This document shows, piece by piece, positions 39,089 through 50,346 of a DNA stretch of 64,000 bases. A program made the translations under genes and the position numbers. This stretch comes from Cyclobacterium amurskyense. GTDB taxonomy: Bacteria; Bacteroidota; Bacteroidia; Cytophagales; Cyclobacteriaceae. Within the stretch, counting starts at the first letter, position 1; each line of letters begins with the position of its first letter. Location: the NCBI RefSeq assembly GCF_001050135.1, contig NZ_CP012040.1:1646997-1710996 (forward strand), in the 5' to 3' direction. The notes beneath the pieces were generated by a model. The model searched no databases. It was not told the DNA's origin and worked only from the letters and a program-made list of their open reading frames with translations.

Positions 39089-42000
39089 TTATACTTTCTC
39101 TACTTTAACGGCGAGTTCAAACTCATCCATGTCCAATACGGTGGAATTATTACTATCCCCATCTAGGGTTAACGCAAGTGCCTGTGTCTCTGTTTTAATA
39201 TAATCAGAGAAATTCAACAAAGCATTGTCCACGGTTTCATTAAGTGGAGCAATCTGAATTCGAATCTTATCCTGAACTTCCAGCCCCATATCTTTACGAA
39301 GGTTCTGAATCCTGTTGACAAAATCCCTGGCAACACCTTCTTCCTTCAGCTCGGTAGTCAAAGTAACATCCAATGCCACAGTAATTCCATTGTCTGTAGC
39401 TACAGACCAACCTGGAATATCCTGAGACTGAATCAACACTTCTTCAAGTTGAAGCAAGACAGATTCACCATCTAATTGTATGCTGGCTTGCCCCTCTTTT
39501 TCAATTTGAGCAATTTCTTCTTTGCCCCACTGCTGAATAATTTGGCTAACAGCTTTCATTTTCGGCCCAAACCGTTTGCCCAACAAGGCGAAATTGGGCT
39601 TGATGCTTTTCACCAAAATGTCAGAGGTATCATCAATGTATTCGATTGATTTTATATTAACTTCTGATTTAATTAGGTCCTCTACATGTTCAATTAAAGC
39701 CTTGGTATCTTCATTCAATACAGGAATAAGTACTTTCTGAAGTGGTTGCCTTACCTTTAATCTTTCCTTTTTCCTTAAGGAATGCACCAAAGAGGAAATG
39801 TCCTGAGCCAACTGCATGCTATTTTCAAGGGACAAGTTAATCAAACCCTCATCAGATAATTTCCAATCCGTCAGGTGCACGGACAAAGGTTTGCTCTCTA
39901 GACTTGCAGTAAGGTTTTGGAACAACCAATCTGCATAAAAAGGAGCTATCGGCGATATCAAGCTGGAAATAACTTCCAGACATTCATACAAAGTCTCATA
40001 AGCTGCTTGCTTATCAGCATTCATGTCTCCTCTCCAGAACCGCTTTCTGGCCAACCGCACATACCAGTTGGACAACTGGTCTACAGTGAAATTCATAATG
40101 GCCCTTGAGGCTGGTGTTACATCATAATTTTCGTAGGCAGTTTCTGTTTCTTTTATCAGCGACTGAAGTTTGGAAAGAATCCATTGATCAAGTTCAGGGC
40201 GCTCATTAACAGGTATTTTGTTTGATGAATCGTAAGCGAAGGCATCCAAATTGGCATATAAAGCAAAGAAATTGTAAGTGTTTTGAAGTGTACCAAAGAA
40301 CCTCCTTTGCACTTCCACTACTCCTTCTTTATTGAATTTAAGGTTGTCCCAAGGGTTGGCATTGCTTAACATGTACCAGCGCAAAGCGTCAGGACCAAAC
40401 TCCTTAAGGGTTATAAATGGATCTACTGCATTTCCCAAACGCTTGGACATTTTATTGCCGTTCTTATCCAATACCAAACCGTTGGCGATCACATTTTTAA
40501 AGGCTACACTATCAAATAGCATCACTGCCAACGTATGAAGCGTAAAAAACCAACCTCTGGTCTGGTCAACGCCTTCGGCTATAAAATCAGCTGGATAGTT
40601 GGCTTTAAAGATGTCTTCATTTTCGAAAGGATAATGCCATTGTGCATAAGGCATGGCTCCGGAATCAAACCAAACATCGATAAGGTCTGGCTCACGGAAC
40701 ATCTTGTCTCCATTGTCTGCTACCAACACAATATCATCAACAAAAGGACGGTGGAGATCCACTTCTTTTCCTTTATAGGGAGATTCTTTCATATAACCTT
40801 TGGCAACCGATTCTTCTATAGCTGCTTCTAATTCAGCTACAGACCCGATGCATTTGGTCTCGGTTCCTTCTTTGTTTCTCCAGATAGGCAAAGGTGTTCC
40901 CCAAAATCTCGAGCGACTCAAATTCCAGTCAACAAGATTCTCCAGCCAATTTCCAAACCTGCCGGTTCCGGTAGATTCAGGTTTCCAGTTGATGGTTTTA
41001 TTAAAAGCAACCAGTTTGTCCTTGTATGCAGTGGTTTTGATAAACCAGCTTTCTAGCGGGTAATATAAAATAGGCATGTCCGTACGCCAGCAATGTGGGT
41101 AGCTATGCTCGTACTTCTCTACCTTAAAAGCCTTGTTTTCATTTTTCAGAATGATGGAAATAATGACATCTGTGCTCTTGTAAGCCTTGTCACTTTCATC
41201 ATCGTGACTATAATTTTTGACATAAAAGTCATCTACACCAAAGATCTTGTGTACGGGGATTTCATGCTCTTCAATTTTGGAAAGCAAATACTCGCCCACA
41301 ACAGGAAGAAACTTACCCTTCTTGTCAACAATAGGTATTTCAAGCCCTTTTTCATCTTTAAGGAATACACCAGGAACATCTTGTTGCACAAGTGTTCTAA
41401 AGTCATCGGCTCCAAATGCTTTGGCCAGGTGAACTACCCCTGTTCCATCTTCTGTGGTCACATAATCTGCCGAGATCACCGTAAATGCCGGTTCAGGAAG
41501 CTCAAGTGCCATTATAGGGAACAATTGTTCGTACTTCAAGCCCATAAGGTCCTTGCCTTTCATTTCCTCAACGATTTGATAAGGAATGATTTTGTCTCCA
41601 GGCTTATAGGCATCCAATTCTACCTTAGCTCCTTTAGGATTAAAATAGGCCGACATTCTGGCTTTCGCTAAAAGAACCGTCTGAGGTGCAAAAGTATAAG
41701 GATTGAAAGTTTTAACTTTTACATAATCCAACTTCTCACCTATGGCAAGGGCTGAATTAGAAGGCAAAGTCCATGGGGTGGTGGTCCAGGCCAATATATA
41801 AAGATCCTCTTCACCTTTCACCTTGAATTGGGCGGTGATAGATGTGTCTTTAACATCCCGGTAACTTCCCGGTTGATTGAGTTCATGGGAACTTAGTCCC
41901 GTTCCTGCTGCAGGAGAATAGGGCTGAATGGTGTAGCCTTTGTAGATAAGGTCTTTGTCATATAGCTTTTTGAGCAGGTGCCACAGACTCTCTACGTACT

Positions 42001-42463
42001 TTACATCAAAGGTGATGTAAGGGTCGTCCAAATCTACCCAATAGCCAATTTTTTCTGTCAGGTCATCCCATTCATGCTTGTAGCGCATGACGGTTTCCCT
42101 ACATTTTTGATTGTATTCTTCTACGGAGATTTTCTTACCGATGTCCTCCTTGGTGATGCCAAGTTCTTTTTCAACCTGCAACTCAACAGGAAGGCCATGG
42201 GTATCCCATCCTCCTTTTCTTTTTACCTGGAAACCTTTAAGGGTTTTGTATCGGCAAAAGACATCTTTAATTGCCCTGGCCATTACATGGTGAATTCCCG
42301 GGGTACCATTGGCTGAAGGTGGGCCTTCATAAAAGGTATAGGCAGGTGCTCCCTCCCTATTGCTAATGGATTTTTCAAAAACGGCATTGGTTTTCCAAAA
42401 AGCCAATACATCTTCCCCAATTTTGGGATAATCTACCTGTTTAAACTCCTGATATTTCTTCAC
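39089..42463 (-). CDS. ileS: isoleucine--tRNA ligase
   Basis: 1124 aa with class-I HIGH (PSANGTPGIHH) and KMSKS (KMSKRLGN) motifs and an editing domain. Confidence 0.9.
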   Translation of the reverse strand: MKKYQEFKQVDYPKIGEDVLAFWKTNAVFEKSISNREGAPAYTFYEGPPSANGTPGIHHVMARAIKDVFCRYKTLKGFQVKRKGGWDTHGLPVELQVEKELGITKEDIGKKISVEEYNQKCRETVMRYKHEWDDLTEKIGYWVDLDDPYITFDVKYVESLWHLLKKLYDKDLIYKGYTIQPYSPAAGTGLSSHELNQPGSYRDVKDTSITAQFKVKGEEDLYILAWTTTPWTLPSNSALAIGEKLDYVKVKTFNPYTFAPQTVLLAKARMSAYFNPKGAKVELDAYKPGDKIIPYQIVEEMKGKDLMGLKYEQLFPIMALELPEPAFTVISADYVTTEDGTGVVHLAKAFGADDFRTLVQQDVPGVFLKDEKGLEIPIVDKKGKFLPVVGEYLLSKIEEHEIPVHKIFGVDDFYVKNYSHDDESDKAYKSTDVIISIILKNENKAFKVEKYEHSYPHCWRTDMPILYYPLESWFIKTTAYKDKLVAFNKTINWKPESTGTGRFGNWLENLVDWNLSRSRFWGTPLPIWRNKEGTETKCIGSVAELEAAIEESVAKGYMKESPYKGKEVDLHRPFVDDIVLVADNGDKMFREPDLIDVWFDSGAMPYAQWHYPFENEDIFKANYPADFIAEGVDQTRGWFFTLHTLAVMLFDSVAFKNVIANGLVLDKNGNKMSKRLGNAVDPFITLKEFGPDALRWYMLSNANPWDNLKFNKEGVVEVQRRFFGTLQNTYNFFALYANLDAFAYDSSNKIPVNERPELDQWILSKLQSLIKETETAYENYDVTPASRAIMNFTVDQLSNWYVRLARKRFWRGDMNADKQAAYETLYECLEVISSLISPIAPFYADWLFQNLTASLESKPLSVHLTDWKLSDEGLINLSLENSMQLAQDISSLVHSLRKKERLKVRQPLQKVLIPVLNEDTKALIEHVEDLIKSEVNIKSIEYIDDTSDILVKSIKPNFALLGKRFGPKMKAVSQIIQQWGKEEIAQIEKEGQASIQLDGESVLLQLEEVLIQSQDIPGWSVATDNGITVALDVTLTTELKEEGVARDFVNRIQNLRKDMGLEVQDKIRIQIAPLNETVDNALLNFSDYIKTETQALALTLDGDSNNSTVLDMDEFELAVKVEKV

Positions 42464-42913
42464 TGTAATTAGAAAATATAATCTGTGTCTGGATGCGTCT
42501 TATAATATCGGACAATTGAAAGTTGCCCAAAACGAAGGCGTAAAGTTAATAGAAAACAAGGGTATATGTATGGCAATTGACGAAAAACTATGCAGTTAGC
42601 CTACTGCACACTAACCTAGACAACAAATCAGCCTTTCAATTACATATAGTTTGGCTCTATTACTGCCTTTACGCAGGATAAACAGCTGTTTTACTCCTTC
42701 TTAAAAAAGTATGTAATACCATGCTATTTCTCACGAGTGAAATGCCTTAGGCTTAATTAATTGCGCATTCTGCCTGCAACTCAAGAATTCTCATCATACA
42801 AGTCGAGTTCAGGTCTTCTTAAAAAAGTTGGACGTTCTCGAAAAAATCATTTGGATTTAGTGCTTTCAGGACTGAAGAGGGCGAATTTAATTTCGAATTT
42901 CTCTCTCACAAAC

Positions 42914-44242
42914 TCATGTGTTAGGAATAGTGATTCCTTTTACTCTTCTGTAGAGGGAAAGTGCATGTTTGTCCGTCATTCCTGAGATAAAATCCAGTAA
43001 TTCTCTCATTAGAACATAAGCCTCATGGTCTGTTTGTAGCTCATATTCTTCAGGCAAAAGCCTTAATATACTTTTGTTGTGGCCTGAAAACCTTTCTTTA
43101 TCGAAGTGATAATTAAAAAGCGCTTCAGAAAAGGTTGACAATAGCCCTTCCAAAACCTGGTAGCCCGCTGCTTCTTTTTCCAATACGGGTTGAGAGCGGT
43201 ATATTTTTTTCACTGAAAGCTCCGTGATGGCTTCCAAACGCTTAGCCGATGGAATAATTTCTGTCAATGCCTGGTCAAATTCACCAGACAAAATCTCTGT
43301 TTCATATTGTTCAAAAACAAAAGTGGTTTCTTTTATCAACTGACTGATGGCCATGGCCCGCATGATGGCCAATTTCTGTTTTGGGCTACTGTATTTTTGA
43401 AGTTTCTTAGGATCATATCGTTCTCCGATAATAGCCGCCATTAGTAAAATCGTTTCTTCCAGAGAAACCAAGCCTAGGGTACAACCATCTTCCAAATCAA
43501 TGATACTGTAACAGATATCATCTGCTGCTTCCACAAGAAAAGCCAGAGGATGCCTCATGTAACAGTTTTCTGCCAATTGGGGAATGCCCATTTTTTGAGC
43601 AAGAAGCTGATAATCGGAAAGATTGCTCGTGTAAAAGCCAAATTTCTTCTGACTTCTTCGCTTCTTATCTGTTGACTGACACCATGCAGGTCTTGGGTAT
43701 TTTGTAAAGGCCGCCAAGGTAGCCGGAGAAATATTCATCCCATTTCCGGTATCTACCAACATTCGAAATCCTTGTGCATTGCCCTCAAAATTAGTGAGGT
43801 CCTGCCATTCGTTGGCTGAGCATTTCTGCTCCCACATTTTACCAATGTCATGAAACTTAAAAAAATCTGAAATGGCTTCCTCCCCAGCATGTCCAAAAGG
43901 AGGATTCCCAATGTCATGAGCCAAGGCTGCAGTAGCCACAATCCCTCCTATATCAAAAGGTTGCAGTTTTTTTGCCGCCAATTCCGGGTATTTGTCTAAT
44001 AGGAATTTTCCTGCTGACTTTCCCAAAGATCGACCTACACTCGAAACTTCAAGGCTGTGGGTTAATCTTGTGTGCACAAAATCATTTTCCGGTAAGGGAA
44101 AAACCTGCGTCTTGTCCTGTAGGTTTCGAAAAGGAGCCGAAAAGATTATCCTATCAAAATCTCTTTCAAATTGACTCCTTTGTAGATCTGTGTCCGAAGG
44201 TTTTAAACCCTCAGGTAAAAGTAATTTTTCCCAATTCATCAT
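42914..44242 (-). CDS. dgt: dGTP triphosphohydrolase-like HD-domain protein
   Basis: VHTRLTHSLEVSSVGRSLG and HDIGNPPFGHAGE motifs, 442 aa. Confidence 0.7.
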   Translation of the reverse strand: MMNWEKLLLPEGLKPSDTDLQRSQFERDFDRIIFSAPFRNLQDKTQVFPLPENDFVHTRLTHSLEVSSVGRSLGKSAGKFLLDKYPELAAKKLQPFDIGGIVATAALAHDIGNPPFGHAGEEAISDFFKFHDIGKMWEQKCSANEWQDLTNFEGNAQGFRMLVDTGNGMNISPATLAAFTKYPRPAWCQSTDKKRRSQKKFGFYTSNLSDYQLLAQKMGIPQLAENCYMRHPLAFLVEAADDICYSIIDLEDGCTLGLVSLEETILLMAAIIGERYDPKKLQKYSSPKQKLAIMRAMAISQLIKETTFVFEQYETEILSGEFDQALTEIIPSAKRLEAITELSVKKIYRSQPVLEKEAAGYQVLEGLLSTFSEALFNYHFDKERFSGHNKSILRLLPEEYELQTDHEAYVLMRELLDFISGMTDKHALSLYRRVKGITIPNT

Positions 44243-44293
44243 AACACCTCAAAAATACGAAGTGTAGGCTTAGGTAAAAAAGAAATAGCCGGA

Positions 44294-45730
44294 CTATTTC
44301 CAGCCACCTCCTAATGCGCGATAAAGATCTACTACGGTAAGGAACATCTCAATTCTTGTATTGGTTTTGTCCAATTCCGCTTCCAGCACCCTAGACTGAG
44401 CAGTAATTACCTCAAGATAGGTCGCGTAACCACCACGGAACAATTCATTTGCAGTAGAAACAGCATTGAGCAATACGGCGGTTTCTTCATCCCTTAGGCT
44501 GTACACTTCCCTGAGGTTGCCCACCCGTTGGAGTTTACTTGAAACTTCCTGATAACCATCCAATATACTTTTCTGATAATTGTACAAGGCTATTTTATTA
44601 GAGGCAATGCTTTGATCATAACCAGCCCTGATGCGATTCTGCGCAAAAATTGGGGCAGTCAAGCCACCCAAGATACCAATGGTCAATCCACCAGGCATTT
44701 TTAGGGCATCTGGTAAACTTTTATCGTTTAGGCCCACATAAGGAGTAAGGCTAAAAGACGGTAAGAATTCTTTTCTTGCAGCAGACACATTGAAGTTACT
44801 TGCACGAAGCTCATGTTCAGCCTGACGAATATCAGGTCTACGCAACAGCATTTCAGAAGGCAAGCCTACTTCCATGCCATAGGGAAGTTTAATTTCTAAT
44901 AAAGAAGAGGCCCTTTCAATTGGTTGTGGAAATCTTCCCAGTATAAAATTGAGTTTATTTTCCGTTTCTATGATCTCTTGCTGCTTTTCATAGGAAAGGC
45001 TTTTGGTAGATAGCAATTGGGCAGAAAACTGCTGAACAGCCAATTCCGTTGCTCTACCAGCCATTTTCTGGATTTTGATCAGCTCCAATGCCATTTCCTG
45101 GTACTCAATATTCCTGTTGATTGTTTCCAACTGAATGTCTAGCCCTAACAACTGATAGTAGATTTTGGCAATTTCTGACACCATATTGGTCACTACCAAG
45201 TGCCTGCCCATTCCTGTAGCCAGGAATTTTTCATAATCGGCTTCCTTACGGTTCTTAATTTTTCCCCAGACATCAATTTCCCAAGTACTCTGAAATCCGA
45301 TAAAATTGTTTTCTGTCCTATTGACTACATTTCTGTCCCCATTGATGGTACCGCTAAATAGGTTAGGGCGAATATCACCGGATCGGTAACGAACCATACC
45401 GTTTAAGGTAGGATACATTTGCCCTTTGGTGATTTGGTACTGAGCTCTTGCGATTTCTATTCTCTCCATTGCGGTGAGAATGTCCAGGTTATTTTCAAGT
45501 CCTTCCTCAATAAGATACACCAGATTGGGATCATTGAAGAAAGCTTCCCATGAAATATCGCCAATGCTGGCAGAATCCTCTATGTCCAAAAAGGTGCTAG
45601 GCAGAGGTTCCATTTCCGGCATTACCGGGGCCTCAATACTTTTACAGGCAAACATAGTTCCCGCCGCAAGGAGGCCCATTGAAAGACGAAGGATTATTTT
45701 ATTTTTTAAAAACATGTAGTATTGGTTCAA
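44294..45730 (-). CDS. RND efflux outer-membrane factor (TolC/NodT family lipoprotein)
   Basis: Lipobox MFAC, two OEP repeats, 478 aa, last gene of the efflux operon. Confidence 0.75.
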   Translation of the reverse strand: MNQYYMFLKNKIILRLSMGLLAAGTMFACKSIEAPVMPEMEPLPSTFLDIEDSASIGDISWEAFFNDPNLVYLIEEGLENNLDILTAMERIEIARAQYQITKGQMYPTLNGMVRYRSGDIRPNLFSGTINGDRNVVNRTENNFIGFQSTWEIDVWGKIKNRKEADYEKFLATGMGRHLVVTNMVSEIAKIYYQLLGLDIQLETINRNIEYQEMALELIKIQKMAGRATELAVQQFSAQLLSTKSLSYEKQQEIIETENKLNFILGRFPQPIERASSLLEIKLPYGMEVGLPSEMLLRRPDIRQAEHELRASNFNVSAARKEFLPSFSLTPYVGLNDKSLPDALKMPGGLTIGILGGLTAPIFAQNRIRAGYDQSIASNKIALYNYQKSILDGYQEVSSKLQRVGNLREVYSLRDEETAVLLNAVSTANELFRGGYATYLEVITAQSRVLEAELDKTNTRIEMFLTVVDLYRALGGGWK

Positions 45731-48700
45731 TTATTTGAAAAAGATACTTGAGAATTATCTTTCTTTTCTGAAGTGGGACCTGAGTTTTCTTCCACTTTTT
45801 TAAAGGTAAAATGGGCGAAAATCACATACAAACCCGGGATGATTATCAAACCAAATATCGTCCCAATAAACATCCCTCCAGCAGCAGCTGTACCAATAGA
45901 CCGGTTTCCCAAAGCACCTGCACCAGTGGCCATGGCCAAGGGCAAAAGTCCAGCGATAAAGGCAAAGGAGGTCATAAGGATAGGTCTAAGTCTGGTTACA
46001 GATCCTTCCACTGCAGCTTGAATCACAGAATGACCTGCTTCTCTTTTTTGTATGGCAAATTCCACAATCAAAATGGCATTTTTACCCAATAGGCCTATAA
46101 GCATGATTAGTGCTACCTGCGCATAGATATTGTTCTGAAGCCCTAGCAAATAAAGAGAGATAAATGCACCAAAAACCCCTACCGGAAGTGAAAAGATAAC
46201 AGGTAATGGCAAGAGGAAACTTTCATATTGTGCTGAAAGAATCAGGTAAACAAATAACAAACAGATAAGGAAAATTACTATGGCCTGGTTACCTGAGGTA
46301 ACCTCTTCACGTGACATTCCATACCAGTCATGGTTATAACCCTGTGGAAGTTTTTCCGCTGTAACCCTTTCAATTGCCGCAATAACATCCCCACTACTAT
46401 ATCCAGGTGCCGCAGAACCCTTTACGGTAGAAGAATTGTACATATTGAATCGTGTCAATTGTTCCGGTCCGTAGGCTTTTTCCATTGTAAGGAAAGCCGA
46501 AATCGGCACCATTTCGCCTACATTGTTTTTTACTTGAAGTGCCAAAACATCTTCAGGCTTGGCCCTGTATTCTGGCCCTGCCTGTAACATTACATCATAC
46601 ATCTGTTCAAAACGAACAAAATCTGAAACAAACTGACCTCCTAATAAAACCTGCATGGTCCCCAAAGCCTTGGCAATGGTCACCCCATTCTTAGCCGCCT
46701 GATCCTGGTCTATTCTAATTAAAAACTGAGGAAAGGTAGGATCAAAATCAGTAAAAGCATAGCCAATTTCTGGAGCTGCCATAAGTTCTTGAACCAGGTC
46801 ATTTGTAACCGTAGACAACCGATTAAGGTTACCCGTACCTGTCTGATCCAATACCTTCATTTGGAACCCACTGGAGTTACCAAAGCCTGATACAGTTGGT
46901 GGCAGGAAGAAATCAATTTTCGCATCGGAGATTTCATCACCCAATGCAGCAAACTCATCCAATGTTCCTTGGATGGGTAAATCCTTCCTTTCGTCCCATG
47001 ATTTCAAATTGACCATGGCCATACCATAAGAGGCTCCTGAGAGTCCATTACCCAATGAATAACCCGCCAAACTTGAAACACCAGCAACCGCTTCATTCCC
47101 TTCTAATTTTTGGACAAGTTCATCCAATACCTTTTCAGTTCTTTCTACGGTCGCTCCCACAGGAGTAGTGACATTTACATAGACCATACTTTGGTCTTCT
47201 GTAGGTATAAAGCCAGTAGGCAAAATCTTACTTACTCCCCAAGTGGCAGCAAAGAAAAACAACAATATTAGAGTAGTGATACCTTTTCTCGGCACCAAAT
47301 AGGTGATGTATTGTAGGTATTTGTTTTCGAAGAAATTATAATACTGGTTGAACTTGTTAAAGAACCGCTGCAACAGTGTTTGCTTCTGTTCTTCACCGTA
47401 ATGATTTTTAAGCAAGATAGCACAAAGAGCAGGGGTTAAGGTCAATGCATTGATACCAGAAATAAAGATGGCTACTGCAAGTGTCAATGAGAACTGTCGG
47501 TAAAACACACCCACTGGGCCGGACATAAATGCTACCGGAACAAATACTGCAGACATTACCATTGTAATGGCTATAATCGCCCCACTGATCTCTTTCATTG
47601 CAGCAAAAGTGGCTGCTCTTGGATCCAATCCTTCTTTTTCCATTTTGGCATGGACTGCCTCTACCACCACAATGGCATTATCCACCACAATTCCTATTGC
47701 AAGGACGAGCGCAAACAATGTGAGTAAATTGATAGAGAAGCCCAACCACTGCATAAAAAACATGGTCCCTATCAGTGCTACCGGAACAGCCAGGGTAGGA
47801 ATCAATGTAGATCGGAAATCCTGGAGGAAAATAAACACTACTATAAATACCAAGATAAACGCCTCTAATAAGGTCACCAATACCTCTTTAACAGAAGCGT
47901 CAAGGAACCTCGACACATCATAGGAGATTTTGTAATCCATCCCAGAAGGAAAATTATCCTGCTTAATCTGTTCGATTTTCTTCTTCACATTGGCAATTAC
48001 CTCACTGGCATTGGATCCTGGTCTCTGAATTACCATAACCGAAGCAGCAGGCTTGCCATCCATTTTGGCGATTCTACCATAATTCAGGTTACCGAATTCT
48101 ACATCGGCAATGTCTTTTAATCGTAAAATCGAGCCGTCAGGATTGGCCCTAATGACAAGGTTTTCGTATTGCTTGGGTTCATAGAATTTTCCTGTATACT
48201 TAAGTACATACTGAAGTACCTGCATGTCTTTACCAGAACTAATTCCCAGTTGGCCAGGTGCAGCTTCCACGTTTTGATTGTTTATGGCTTCAATCACATC
48301 GTCCGTGGCTATTTTATAAGCTGTCATACGATCAGGTTTGAGCCAAATCCTCATGGAGTAATCTTTGGTACTCATTATCTCTGCCAATCCTACACCGTCT
48401 ACCCGCTGCAATTCCTGCAATACATTAAGGTCGGTGTAGTTATAAATAAAGGCTTCATCCAGTGAGGGATCATCACTGGCAATATTGATATACATCAGTA
48501 GCCCTTCGACCTGTTTTTCTACCGTTACACCGGCTTTGGTCACAATCTCTGGCAGGTCATTGACTACTGTCGAAACCCGGTTTTGAATCTCCACAGCAGC
48601 AAGATCTGGATCTACACCTGCTTGAAAATAAACCTTGATAACTACAGTACCTCTATTACTACTAACAGAAGTCATGTAAGTCATGCCTGGAACACCATTG

Positions 48701-48906
48701 ATTACTTTTTCAAGAGGTGTGGCCACCGTCTTGGCAGCAACCTCAGCATTTGCTCCCCTGTACTTGGCACGGATGGAAACTGATGGAGGCGCAATGTCGG
48801 GGAAAAGCTCAACTGGTAAGGTGAAAAAAGACAAAAGCCCCAGTAATACAAAGAAAAGGGAAATAACCAGTGATAAAACTGGTCTTTTAATAAATAAATC
48901 AAACAT
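45727..48906 (-). CDS. RND efflux permease (AcrB/HAE1 family)
   Basis: 1059 aa with 12 TM helices and two large periplasmic loops. Confidence 0.85.
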   Translation of the reverse strand: MFDLFIKRPVLSLVISLFFVLLGLLSFFTLPVELFPDIAPPSVSIRAKYRGANAEVAAKTVATPLEKVINGVPGMTYMTSVSSNRGTVVIKVYFQAGVDPDLAAVEIQNRVSTVVNDLPEIVTKAGVTVEKQVEGLLMYINIASDDPSLDEAFIYNYTDLNVLQELQRVDGVGLAEIMSTKDYSMRIWLKPDRMTAYKIATDDVIEAINNQNVEAAPGQLGISSGKDMQVLQYVLKYTGKFYEPKQYENLVIRANPDGSILRLKDIADVEFGNLNYGRIAKMDGKPAASVMVIQRPGSNASEVIANVKKKIEQIKQDNFPSGMDYKISYDVSRFLDASVKEVLVTLLEAFILVFIVVFIFLQDFRSTLIPTLAVPVALIGTMFFMQWLGFSINLLTLFALVLAIGIVVDNAIVVVEAVHAKMEKEGLDPRAATFAAMKEISGAIIAITMVMSAVFVPVAFMSGPVGVFYRQFSLTLAVAIFISGINALTLTPALCAILLKNHYGEEQKQTLLQRFFNKFNQYYNFFENKYLQYITYLVPRKGITTLILLFFFAATWGVSKILPTGFIPTEDQSMVYVNVTTPVGATVERTEKVLDELVQKLEGNEAVAGVSSLAGYSLGNGLSGASYGMAMVNLKSWDERKDLPIQGTLDEFAALGDEISDAKIDFFLPPTVSGFGNSSGFQMKVLDQTGTGNLNRLSTVTNDLVQELMAAPEIGYAFTDFDPTFPQFLIRIDQDQAAKNGVTIAKALGTMQVLLGGQFVSDFVRFEQMYDVMLQAGPEYRAKPEDVLALQVKNNVGEMVPISAFLTMEKAYGPEQLTRFNMYNSSTVKGSAAPGYSSGDVIAAIERVTAEKLPQGYNHDWYGMSREEVTSGNQAIVIFLICLLFVYLILSAQYESFLLPLPVIFSLPVGVFGAFISLYLLGLQNNIYAQVALIMLIGLLGKNAILIVEFAIQKREAGHSVIQAAVEGSVTRLRPILMTSFAFIAGLLPLAMATGAGALGNRSIGTAAAGGMFIGTIFGLIIIPGLYVIFAHFTFKKVEENSGPTSEKKDNSQVSFSNN

Positions 48907-48909
48907 AGC

Positions 48910-50127
48910 TTATTGTTCTGTACTGGTAGGCATTACTTCTGCAAGGGTATCGTCATTTTCTGGTAATGTAGAACCAGTTTCATCAGCAACTATTTTAGGC
49001 TGAATGGTCATACCATCTTTCACATTCTGTATCCCTTCATACACCAGACGTTCTCCTACTTCCAAACCAGACTCTATAATATAATAATGAGAAAATCTTG
49101 CTCTAGGAATAATACTGCGCATCTCTACAGTGTTGTCCTCTTTAACTATGTATACAAAACTCCTGTCCTGAATTTCAAAGACCGCTTTCTGAGGTATAAT
49201 AATTGCGTTCCTTATCTTATTGGTAAGGATGATTTTACCTGTTGCTCCGTGCTTAAGGATCTTTGTTGGATTGGGAAATAAAGCCCTAAATGCAATTGAA
49301 CCGGTATTGGCATTGAATTCACCTTGCATGGTTTCGATAATGCCCTCATAAGCATAAGGCGCTCCATCTGCAAGTACAAGGTTGACAACATTGTTCTCAG
49401 TAGTCTCTCCTTTAGACTTGATGTATTCCAAGTATTCTTTCTCAGAGACATTGAAATAAACATGGACAGAGCTAATATTGGAAACGGTGGTAAATAAACT
49501 GCCTTGCTCTACCAAACTACCCGTTTTTAAAGGTATTCTATCAATAATCCCATCAAAAGGAGCCCTGATATTGGTATAGGACAATTGTACTTCTGCATTG
49601 TCCATGGCAGATTTGGCTTCCTCAATTTTCGCCAAAACAGCATCGTATTTCGCCTTGGTTAAGTTAAGCTCAGATTCCGAAATGACGTTGTTGTCCACCA
49701 TAATTTTCAAACGGCCGACTTCAAACTCTATCACTTTGGCTTCTGCCTTGGCACTTTCAAAATTGGCTTTGGCTTTGGCCAATTCCGCTTTGTATTCCTG
49801 TTCGTTGGTTTTGAAAAGAATCTGGCCTTTTTTTACTTCCTGCCCTTCATCCACATTTACTTTTTCAAGAAAGCCCTGTACCCTAGCCCTAAGCTCCACA
49901 TTCTGAATGGCTTTGATATCTGCTACGTAGTCCCTATGCATAATAGTGTCTGATGCAACCACTTCAATGACTGGGAATTCTTTGACTGCTTCAGCTTTTT
50001 TACCTGATTTATCGCCACTATTACATGAAAAAACAACTATTAACGGAATAAAAAATGCATATATTCCAATTTTATTTAATTTTATTCTGCTCATATTCAA
50101 TACCAAACCTGTTTTACCTTTATTCAA
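48910..50127 (-). CDS. RND efflux periplasmic adaptor (membrane-fusion protein)
   Basis: Lipobox VFSC, coiled-coil hairpin, β-barrel domain, 405 aa. Confidence 0.75.
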   Translation of the reverse strand: MNKGKTGLVLNMSRIKLNKIGIYAFFIPLIVVFSCNSGDKSGKKAEAVKEFPVIEVVASDTIMHRDYVADIKAIQNVELRARVQGFLEKVNVDEGQEVKKGQILFKTNEQEYKAELAKAKANFESAKAEAKVIEFEVGRLKIMVDNNVISESELNLTKAKYDAVLAKIEEAKSAMDNAEVQLSYTNIRAPFDGIIDRIPLKTGSLVEQGSLFTTVSNISSVHVYFNVSEKEYLEYIKSKGETTENNVVNLVLADGAPYAYEGIIETMQGEFNANTGSIAFRALFPNPTKILKHGATGKIILTNKIRNAIIIPQKAVFEIQDRSFVYIVKEDNTVEMRSIIPRARFSHYYIIESGLEVGERLVYEGIQNVKDGMTIQPKIVADETGSTLPENDDTLAEVMPTSTEQ

Positions 50128-50346
50128 ATTTTAAAGTGATGTATTATTTACACTTTAAAGCAACAACAAATAATACAATAATTCCGGTTAAATCCTGTTA
50201 GATTTTGCCAAAGACACTTTTACTTCCTGTCAACGGGCAATATCATGGATAAATAGGTGTTTAACTTTCTTTGAATAACTCGCTATCTTTGCTGCCTGTT
50301 GATTCTTTTACTTGTTGTATATTTGCGACTATACCTAGACTGTAAT

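Noticed and set aside
42464-42913. T-box riboswitch upstream of ileS
   Set aside because: The conserved T-box sequence and specifier architecture were not visible on the ileS strand. Kept only as a low-interest long-leader observation.
42761-42985. 74-aa plus-strand ORF between ileS and dgt
   Set aside because: It overlaps the 3' end of dgt on the opposite strand. No support.
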